A DNA stretch of 64,000 nt, from NCBI GenBank assembly GCA_039588295.1, contig JBDHAB010000014.1:8312-72311 (forward strand), read 5' to 3'. The position numbers and the translations under genes were made by a program. Source of the stretch: Gemmatimonadota bacterium. Lineage in GTDB: Bacteria; Gemmatimonadota; Gemmatimonadetes; Gemmatimonadales; GWC2-71-9. Below, one piece after another: positions 48,842-55,650 of this stretch. Under the pieces are notes generated by a model. The model saw only the letters and a program-made list of their open reading frames with translations, made no database searches and was not told where the DNA came from. The number at the start of each line of letters is the position of its first letter. The stretch's first letter is position 1.

Positions 48842-49083
48842 CGTGCTGCTCCTTTCTTGGGGTGAGTGGGTGTCTGGAAAGTTCGGCTGTTTGATCCCAC
48901 AGGCCGTCCGGTCGCCTGCTGTATCGCCCCTCGGTGCGGTGCGCTGTCGTGCACCTCGCTTCATCGAGGCGCGTTAGGATGGGATGGAAAAGTTGAGGCT
49001 TTTGTGTCTACCGGTCAGCCTCGGTGGCCGGCCATCACGGATCCTTGATCAGGGGACAACCTGGGACAGGATTGGAAAAGTTA

Positions 49084-49235
49084 GGGATGCAGGTGAGTGT
49101 GCAAGGTGGGTGTGCAGTCATTTGACCACTCCGGCATAAATGGAGCCGGAGCCTGGATTCGAACCAGGAGTCTTCTGTGAATGAAACAGATGTCTTTACC
49201 TTTTGCTTGTGACCTTAAACGGGGACCTGCGTCCC
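49084..49235 (-). ncRNA. Circularly permuted tRNA-mimic RNA F (opened in the D-loop)
   Basis: GGGACGCAGGT/ACCTGCATCCC; CACAAGCA, 3' half of D-arm, TCTGT-TTCATTC-ACAGA, T-arm, CTCCGGC-TCCATTTAT-GCCGGAG, 5' half of D-arm. Confidence 0.8.
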
Positions 49236-49275
49236 GGAGCCCACGGAGGGATTCGAACCCTCGACCTCAGACGTA
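49236..49275 (-). pseudogene. Isolated tRNA 3'-half fragment
   Basis: GAGGTC-GAGGG-TTCGAAT-CCCTC-CGTGGGCTCC with no 5' half. Confidence 0.6.
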
Positions 49276-49278
49276 CGG

Positions 49279-49353
49279 AGCCCGCGAGAGGATTCGAACC
49301 TCCGACTCCCTCATTACGAATGAGGTGCTCTAGCCGGACTGAGCTACACGGGC
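49279..49353 (-). tRNA. tRNA-Thr(CGT)
   Basis: Cloverleaf, TTCGTAA. Confidence 0.9.
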
Positions 49354-49390
49354 GATTGATGTTGGTGTTCTCCTGTTGAAGTGAAGTGCT

Positions 49391-49464
49391 TGGAGCTGGC
49401 GGTGAGAATCGAACTCACGTCTTCGGGTTACAAATCCGGAGCTCTGCCATTGAGCTACGCCAGC
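49391..49464 (-). tRNA. tRNA-Thr(TGT)
   Basis: Cloverleaf, TTTGTAA, CCA. Confidence 0.9.
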
Positions 49465-49563
49465 GATAAGGCCGGCGTGGCCAGTCCGTGTCGAGCAACC
49501 CTTCCGGGCTCCCCGGCGGGTTTCTTCACTCAGTTGGAGTTCGGTAAATCCGCCGGGAAATGC

Positions 49564-49659
49564 TCAACACGGGGTCATATCGCCCATAATGGGCAATACG
49601 ACGGCCACGACGACCAGATTGGTCGTTGTCGTGGCTGTGTATGTCGTGGAGCGTTTCAT
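49564..49659 (-). CDS. thrL-like leader peptide heading the tRNA operon
   Basis: MKRSTTYTATTTTNLVVVAVVLPIMGDMTPC*; the stop lies in the 5' strand of a long hairpin. Confidence 0.7.
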   Translation of the reverse strand: MKRSTTYTATTTTNLVVVAVVLPIMGDMTPC

Positions 49660-49707
49660 GGCGAAAAATCCGAAGCCGCTTTCCTGCCAAGGGAGGCGAC
49701 CTGTCCA

Positions 49708-49736
49708 GGTGTACGCGCGCTTCGACGGGCTGTCAA
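49708..49736 (-). promoter_or_regulatory. Sigma70-like promoter of the Thr-Asp-Val-Ile-Met tRNA unit
   Basis: TTGACA-17 nt-TACACC. Confidence 0.55.
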
Positions 49737-49760
49737 GCACCCTTGTTCACTTTTTTTGAA

Positions 49761-50540
49761 TCACCATCGCCACACGAACTCGTCGAGCCACTGCTTGCGG
49801 CTCTCGTCGTCGAGCGCGAGGAAAGCCTGCTCCTCCGCCATCATCTCCACGTTGAAAGCGTCGGCAATCTTGCGGTGTGCGGTGCCGGGGTCGAACGCCC
49901 AAGGCTGCCAGGGGTAGTGGGCCCCCAGGCGATACTGGTTCTCCACCTCGATGATGCAGTCGATCCACGGCTTCATAGACGCCCACGTCATCGTCTCACG
50001 GTCCATCTCGCGCTTGGCGAACTCCTGCCGGTGCAGGAGCTTGAGCGGGAGCGGGCTGTGCCCGAGGTTGTCGTTGATGGAACGCCCCGCGATGACGATG
50101 TTCGACTGGCCGTTACCGAGGCCGTTGTTGCGCTCGCATACGAGATGCTCCCGAGAGCACTCCCACGGAACGTAGTAGTGAAGAGCAATCCGGAGGTCCG
50201 TAGGGACGAGGTACATCTGGACGCCCGTGTACCAACATCGCTGGGGGAGGCCCGCATCGAGGCCGAACCGCTTAGCCATCTTCACCGAGACCCAGTCCCG
50301 GTTTTTATTGCGCTTTGCGATCTCGTCGTAGTGCATCCACACGAGCTCGGGGTCGTGCTGATCGCCCCCGGTCATCACCAGGAGCTCCCGGTCAGCGTAC
50401 TTCTTGTAGCGAAGGAGGCGTCCGGTCTCGGGGTCAACACGGTTTAACGCGGCAACGCGCATCCGCTCTTGAAATTCGGGATCGTGTTTCCCTTTCCACT
50501 CGCGGAGCTTATCCCGGTTCTTTCGACCGTGACGGCCCAT
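49761..50540 (-). CDS. HNH-like protein
   Basis: CWYTG...SREHL...NIV....IN pattern. Confidence 0.55.
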   Translation of the reverse strand: MGRHGRKNRDKLREWKGKHDPEFQERMRVAALNRVDPETGRLLRYKKYADRELLVMTGGDQHDPELVWMHYDEIAKRNKNRDWVSVKMAKRFGLDAGLPQRCWYTGVQMYLVPTDLRIALHYYVPWECSREHLVCERNNGLGNGQSNIVIAGRSINDNLGHSPLPLKLLHRQEFAKREMDRETMTWASMKPWIDCIIEVENQYRLGAHYPWQPWAFDPGTAHRKIADAFNVEMMAEEQAFLALDDESRKQWLDEFVWRW

Positions 50541-51817
50541 CAGTGTCGGGGAACATTCCCGGGGTCGACAGCGATCTTCGCCACGATCCTCTTGCACTCG
50601 GAACACGAAACCGTGAGGGCTCCGTTCTCGTAGGAGCACCAGGTGGGGGCACCGATGTGGCACTGGGGATGCAGGAACATCTCGGTGCTGTGGCTCTTGT
50701 GGTCACACCCCTCCACGGCGCACGTCATACCGTCGAGCGTCACCTGGGTCAGCGGCGGGAGGTTTTTGCGGCGCCCATTCTCCGCCTCGACCACTTCCTC
50801 GTCGTCCCCCTCGTGGTCATGGCTCCCATGCTTGTGGGACAGTATCGGCCCCAACGCCGGATAGAATTTCATGGCGTCGTTGGGCATCTGCGGAAACCCA
50901 GAGACCTGACCGTCACCGATCTCCATGATGATCCACTCGCCGTCTGCCGTCTGTGCGAGGTCCATGGAGAAGAACTGGCTGTCCACCTTCGCCGCCAGCG
51001 CGCCGAGAGTTTCGAACGAAGGGAGATCCTCGATGGATTTCGGGGCCGAAAAACTGCGAGGCATACTCTCCTCCCAACCACCGTCGGGCTCCGGGACCTC
51101 GTGGGTGACACGCTCGTAGGCGTCCTCGTCCCAGTACTCGCTGATGTTGATGCTGTGTCCGTTGAGCCAGAAGATTCGGAACTCCTCCGACATCGGCATC
51201 CCCGACTGAGGATGCTTGCCGATGGATTTGAGCGGCACGAACTGACGCAGGATCACACCCCCCTGGAGATCGTCACCCTGGCGCTCCAGGAAATTCGAGA
51301 TCACGGTCTGGGCCTTCTCCATGTTGGGGATGAAGCACGCCTCCTCCCACTCGTGTTTCCTACTTTTCACGTAGTCCTTGATGAGGATGCCGTGCTCGTA
51401 ACGACCGAGCATCTCCTGGGCAGTACGGAGGATCCTCTCGACACTGATCTCATGCTTCTGGATGATTGCGGAGTCGGGCGTCGAATCGACGAGATCGAGG
51501 TACCAACCGGGGAACTCGTGAGCCTTCCGATACTGGTGGGGGGTGTTGATGAGGTCCACCAGGCAAACCTGGAGCTTCTCGTAGAGCTTCTCGTACTGAT
51601 CGGACGTGAGCATCCACCCCCGGTAGATAGCCGGTGTGGGCTCCTCGAAATCAGGGACGTACTTCACGGCCGCTGCCGCATCGTCGTCGTTGACCAGGGA
51701 CTCCCAGTGCACGAAAGCGACCTGATAGCCACACTGCTTGGCGATGTCGGCTTCGGTGGCCCAATCTGGGTCGGGTTTTTTGGGCTCGAAGGGATCGGAT
51801 GGGAACAGGACGAGCAT
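50540..51817 (-). CDS. ATP-grasp protein (R2K clade) with C-terminal Cys/His domain
   Basis: YRGWML, KDYVKSRKHEW, EFRIF, FFSMD...EIGDGQVSG. Confidence 0.8.
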   Translation of the reverse strand: MLVLFPSDPFEPKKPDPDWATEADIAKQCGYQVAFVHWESLVNDDDAAAAVKYVPDFEEPTPAIYRGWMLTSDQYEKLYEKLQVCLVDLINTPHQYRKAHEFPGWYLDLVDSTPDSAIIQKHEISVERILRTAQEMLGRYEHGILIKDYVKSRKHEWEEACFIPNMEKAQTVISNFLERQGDDLQGGVILRQFVPLKSIGKHPQSGMPMSEEFRIFWLNGHSINISEYWDEDAYERVTHEVPEPDGGWEESMPRSFSAPKSIEDLPSFETLGALAAKVDSQFFSMDLAQTADGEWIIMEIGDGQVSGFPQMPNDAMKFYPALGPILSHKHGSHDHEGDDEEVVEAENGRRKNLPPLTQVTLDGMTCAVEGCDHKSHSTEMFLHPQCHIGAPTWCSYENGALTVSCSECKRIVAKIAVDPGNVPRH

Positions 51818-51852
51818 TACCTCGATTTTACCCCTATCGGGCCCCGTATCTG

Positions 51853-52869
51853 ATGGCACACGTCCATAAAGCACTCATTGTCCTGCTGTTTGCGCCTGCG
51901 TGCGACAAACAGGCTGACGACTCCGCAGCCAAGACTGATCCCGCTGCGAAGCTGGATGTCGGCGCAAAGCTCGATGTCGGGACCCCTGGGACGCACACGG
52001 TCAACTTCGTCAACCAGTGCTCCAGTGACATCTGGGTTGGATCAGTCGGCAATACCGGGTTCAGCGGTCTCAACAACGGCGGTTGGCAGATGGGAGCCAA
52101 GGGCTCCGGCACCGACAAGACCACCCTCCAAGTTGAAGTGGGATGGAGCGGTCGTTTCTGGCCACGTACCGGGTGCACGTTCAACGATAAGGACCTCTGC
52201 GACGGGTTCACGCCCTGCTGCACGAGTGGCTCTTGTCTGACTGCGGACAACAAAACCTTCGGCCTGGAGTGCGCATATTCTGGGAAAGCCCCGGTGGGGA
52301 TCGGCGAGTTCACGTTCGACGCCGCTGGAGGTCTCGGCCCCTATGACACCTACGATGTGAGCTTCGTTGATGGATGGGGGGAGTCCCTCTCTGTCGTGGC
52401 TGTGGCCGGCACCTTCAACCCGAAACCAGACCCAGGGTTGAAAGCTCCTTGGTGCACGGTGTCAGGATGCACTTCGGCGCCGACGTGTCCGAAGGGGCTC
52501 AGTGCCGGTGGCGATAGCTGCTGGAGCCCCTGTCAGAACGCGGTCAACAGCGGGGACCCCGATAGCACGCAGGCGAAACTCTGCTGCTCGTGCTCAATGA
52601 CGAGTCCCATCACCTGCGGAGAGGCCACATGCGCTGGCGGCTACGGCTGCTCTCCCTACACGCAACCTCCGTGGCCGGCGGACCAGGTGTGCAATCCCTG
52701 GAACACGGACAAGAGCCGAGCGTGGGACACCACGAGCCAGGACTACATCGCCAACGTCCACAAAACGTGCCCCGGGGTCTACGCCTGGCAGTTCGATGAT
52801 GTCAACGGAACGTACAACTGCCGCAAGACCAACGGCCTCGTGGACTACACCGTCACCTTCTGCCCGTAG
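51853..52869 (+). CDS. Thaumatin-like (PR-5 family) lipoprotein
   Basis: Lipobox-like FAPAC; NQC...IW, WSGRFWPRTGC, EFT, YDVSFVDG, C.SPC, CPGVYAWQFDD, YTVTFCP. Confidence 0.92.
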   Translation: MAHVHKALIVLLFAPACDKQADDSAAKTDPAAKLDVGAKLDVGTPGTHTVNFVNQCSSDIWVGSVGNTGFSGLNNGGWQMGAKGSGTDKTTLQVEVGWSGRFWPRTGCTFNDKDLCDGFTPCCTSGSCLTADNKTFGLECAYSGKAPVGIGEFTFDAAGGLGPYDTYDVSFVDGWGESLSVVAVAGTFNPKPDPGLKAPWCTVSGCTSAPTCPKGLSAGGDSCWSPCQNAVNSGDPDSTQAKLCCSCSMTSPITCGEATCAGGYGCSPYTQPPWPADQVCNPWNTDKSRAWDTTSQDYIANVHKTCPGVYAWQFDDVNGTYNCRKTNGLVDYTVTFCP

Positions 52870-52885
52870 CGGGTAGAGTGACGGC

Positions 52886-53575
52886 ATGCACATCGTCGAA
52901 CCTGGCTGGACCGTCCGCGCGTTCAGGCTCGACGGTACCTCTGTAGTAGGCACCGTCGAGTCAGGCCCTTACCGGGCCCAAGACGGGAAGATCGTGGACA
53001 AGACTGTCCGTCTGCACGACGGCTCCGAGCACCGTTCACATCTGTGCGAGCCCGCAGGAGAGACCTTGCGGACGTGGCCCGACAGCCATCCAACGAAGGT
53101 GCACTTCGACCCCATCGCGTACGGGGCCATCGACAAAATACTCGGAGGACACTGGAGCAGCCACCTCACCGAGTACGTCGACATCGACTGGGAGCGGCGT
53201 ACGATGAAGACCAATCAGCTCTCCACGTTTGTCGGGTCCACCAGGGTCTACGACAAAGACGGCTGCCTGGTGAAGGACGATGGTGATGTTCGGATGCCTG
53301 CAGAGGAGGTACTGGAAAAGCTGGCTCCGATTGCGTGGGCTTTCCAGGACGACGAGGTGGAGCGTCTCAAAGGCCCCATCACGGATGCCTTCCAAAACCT
53401 GCAAGCGCAAGGGATTGCCGTAGCCCACATCCATCTACCCCGATGGGCCAAAGGGATCTGGCCCGGGGAACGGGTCTTCGGAGTGCCCTTCTGCAAAGCG
53501 CCGTTCCCCATGGTCCTGTCACAGAAACACTACGGCCGCTTCGCAGCGATCATCGGCATCTTCGGGGCGCCCTAG
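52886..53575 (+). CDS. Hypothetical protein
   Basis: 229-aa ORF; TAGAGT 6 nt before ATG. Confidence 0.6.
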   Translation: MHIVEPGWTVRAFRLDGTSVVGTVESGPYRAQDGKIVDKTVRLHDGSEHRSHLCEPAGETLRTWPDSHPTKVHFDPIAYGAIDKILGGHWSSHLTEYVDIDWERRTMKTNQLSTFVGSTRVYDKDGCLVKDDGDVRMPAEEVLEKLAPIAWAFQDDEVERLKGPITDAFQNLQAQGIAVAHIHLPRWAKGIWPGERVFGVPFCKAPFPMVLSQKHYGRFAAIIGIFGAP

Positions 53576-53958
53576 AACAGACGGAGCTGGGCTCCCTCTT
53601 TGGTGAGCTTGTGGCTCGGGTCGTGGGCCTGGAGGGCAACCTCGACATCGTCCACCTGGGGCCAGTCAGACATTCCCTGATGGTTCTTGATCGAGTGCGC
53701 GGCCATCCACTCGGCGGCGGTATCGAACACCTCCTCGGCCACGACCTCGTAGTAGCCCTCCTGACCGACGATCTCGCACATCAACTTGAGATCCTCTGCG
53801 AGATCTCCGTCCCGCATCCAGAGCTCGCCGTTGAGCTTCATGATGTCGTTCATCCACGCGGCAACGCGGTCAGCCTTGGCTTTATCGGTGAAGACCCCTG
53901 CGGTCCAATAGCCGTCTCCGGTCTGCTCTCCGTGGAAATTGATACTGTAGATCTCCAT
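53572..53958 (-). CDS. Hypothetical acidic protein
   Basis: 128-aa ORF. Confidence 0.6.
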   Translation of the reverse strand: MEIYSINFHGEQTGDGYWTAGVFTDKAKADRVAAWMNDIMKLNGELWMRDGDLAEDLKLMCEIVGQEGYYEVVAEEVFDTAAEWMAAHSIKNHQGMSDWPQVDDVEVALQAHDPSHKLTKEGAQLRLF

Positions 53959-54009
53959 ATCGCTTCTACCCCTTGACAGGGGTATGACAGAGGGGTCAGT
54001 ATTTTCACG

Positions 54010-54261
54010 ATGGCCGACGTGCTCAACACCGGGCTCCTAGAGCTCGACGAAATCCTCTCCGGGGAGGGGACCTTGCGCCGTGGTGAGCTGTCGGTCTTCG
54101 TGGCAATGCCACCGACCTCCAAGACGATCTTCTGGCGACAACAGCTCGAACGCGCGATGGAGGACGGCAAGACTGCCGTCTACATCGACTACGAGATGAA
54201 ACCGACGGACAGCCTTTCGGACCTGGGGGCCACACCCCCGGACAAGCCGATCAAGGTCTAG
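54010..54261 (+). CDS. Short RecA/DnaB/KaiC-fold N-terminal fragment
   Basis: TGLLELDEIL.G...RGEL, degenerate Walker A (PPTSKT), VYIDYEM; only 83 aa. Confidence 0.6.
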   Translation: MADVLNTGLLELDEILSGEGTLRRGELSVFVAMPPTSKTIFWRQQLERAMEDGKTAVYIDYEMKPTDSLSDLGATPPDKPIKV

Positions 54262-54312
54262 CCCAGTCCGGAGCATAGAGCTGACAGGACTGGGCGGGCC
54301 GGAAAGGCCGTC

Positions 54313-54576
54313 ATGTCCAAGAGAGCTCTACGTCGTCATCACCGTGAGCGCATGCTTCAGCACTGCGCTCGCATCCTCAAGATCCGTTGGGACGAGTCAC
54401 TCGCCACCGGGGACATCACCTTCGATGACATCGAGCGGTGGTCTCGGCTTCGTCGGGACAACTTCTCGTTCTGTTCCTGCTGGATGTGCTGCAACCCGCG
54501 GCGCCTTCGGAACTCGAACGGTCCTTCACGCACCGTGCAGGAACTCCGGGCGATGCAGGAGGTGGATGATGAGTAG
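54313..54576 (+). CDS. Small basic Zn-binding protein, paralog 1
   Basis: RALRRHH...CSCWMCCNPRR...RTVQE. Confidence 0.7.
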   Translation: MSKRALRRHHRERMLQHCARILKIRWDESLATGDITFDDIERWSRLRRDNFSFCSCWMCCNPRRLRNSNGPSRTVQELRAMQEVDDE

Positions 54577-54835
54577 GGCACTACGCCGACACCACCGGCA
54601 ACGGATGGTGAACAGGGCTCGTGCGCTCTTCCGACGGTGGGGGGACACCGAGGAGAGGATCCGACACACGGCGCCTCGACTCGCGGACAACCTCTGCTGG
54701 TGCTCGTGCTACTCGTGCGGCAACCCGCGACGCCACTTTGGGTTCTGCATCTACGGCAAGACCAACAGTGTCCGAACCCGACAAGAGGTTTTCGCTGACC
54801 TCCAACTCCAAGAACAACTCGAAGAAATTGAATGA
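54569..54835 (+). CDS. Small basic Zn-binding protein, paralog 2
   Basis: RALRRHH...CSCYSCGNPRR...RTRQE; GGAGG SD. Confidence 0.7.
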   Translation: MSRALRRHHRQRMVNRARALFRRWGDTEERIRHTAPRLADNLCWCSCYSCGNPRRHFGFCIYGKTNSVRTRQEVFADLQLQEQLEEIE

Positions 54836-54840
54836 CTCGC

Positions 54841-54869
54841 TTGACACGAACGTCGAGCACGACTACAAC
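54841..54869 (+). promoter_or_regulatory. Sigma70-like promoter of the Lys tRNA/release-factor unit
   Basis: TTGACA-17 nt-TACAAC. Confidence 0.6.
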
Positions 54870-54878
54870 GGCAAGACC

Positions 54879-54911
54879 ATGTTCTGCATGAAACGCAAGA
54901 CCAAGCTGTAG
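54879..54911 (+). CDS. Lys-rich leader peptide MFCMKRKTKL
   Basis: AAA/AAG/AAG codons; the stop overlaps the base of hairpin 54911-54944. Confidence 0.55.
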   Translation: MFCMKRKTKL

Positions 54912-54963
54912 CCCGAGGGGACGGACGCAATCCGCCTCTTGGGCGTCGATAGCGTTTATCCCC

Positions 54964-55041
54964 GGGCCGGTAGCTCAGTCTGCGCAGAGCGGTGGGTTCT
55001 TACCCCATAGGTCGAAGGTTCGATTCCTTCTCGGCTCACCA
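54964..55041 (+). tRNA. tRNA-Lys(CTT), variant loop
   Basis: Loop TTCTTAC, CCA. Confidence 0.85.
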
Positions 55042-55131
55042 ACGGGACCACGAACGGTACGAAAGACCGGCCGTGACCCGGGTGCCAGGACACGCCCACT
55101 GATCGTGGGACCGTCACCCTGACACCACCCT

Positions 55132-55208
55132 GGGCCCATAGCTCAACCCGGCAGAGCGGCTGACTCTTAATCAGTAGGTTGTAGGTTCGATTCCTACTGG
55201 GCTCACCA
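55132..55208 (+). tRNA. tRNA-Lys(CTT)
   Basis: Canonical, CTCTTAA, CCA. Confidence 0.92.
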
Positions 55209-55269
55209 AGAAAGATCATCATGTTTCCAGCACACGACACTCTCAAACGCACCCTCGCTCCATCCCTTT

Positions 55270-55362
55270 GGGCGAGTTAAGCGTAGCCTGGCCGAACGCA
55301 CCGGACTTTTAATCCGGAGGACGAAAGTCCCACCGGGGGTTCGAATCCCTCCTCGCTCTCCA
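55270..55362 (+). tRNA. tRNA with TTT anticodon and a long variable arm
   Basis: CCGGA-CTTTTAA-TCCGG, variable hairpin GGAC-GAAA-GTCC, CCA. Confidence 0.8.
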
Positions 55363-55363
55363 A

Positions 55364-55440
55364 GGGCCACTAGCTCAACCTGGTAGAGCAGCGGGCTTTT
55401 AATCCGCGGGTTCCGAGTTCGATTCTCGGGTGGCCCTCCA
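55364..55440 (+). tRNA. tRNA-Lys(TTT)
   Basis: Canonical, CTTTTAA, CCA. Confidence 0.92.
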
Positions 55441-55444
55441 ACAA

Positions 55445-55526
55445 GGAAATAGGATGCACAAAGGGGTATGCCCCTGGGCATTGGGTGGGCGGGACACCGT
55501 CTGGGGTTCGACTCCCCCTGTTTCCG
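55445..55526 (+). ncRNA. tRNA-like RNA with 8/4 acceptor/T-stem geometry
   Basis: GGAAATAG/CTGTTTCC-G, GGGG-TTCGACT-CCCC, variable arm GGCGG-GACA-CCGTC; degenerate D and anticodon arms. Confidence 0.55.
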
Positions 55527-55650
55527 CAAAACGTCATGTCACTCTCCAAACACATCTTCTTCGGTTAGCCAGGTTCCAGCTTCGTTCACAAGAGCAGGAA
55601 CCTGAAACAGCTACTTGCGTTCACGCGCAAGAGGAAGTAGACAAATCGAC

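Noticed and set aside
55536..55640. MSLSKHIFFG* with possible TAG readthrough upstream of the release factor
   Set aside because: No SD or structure to support it; could be chance.
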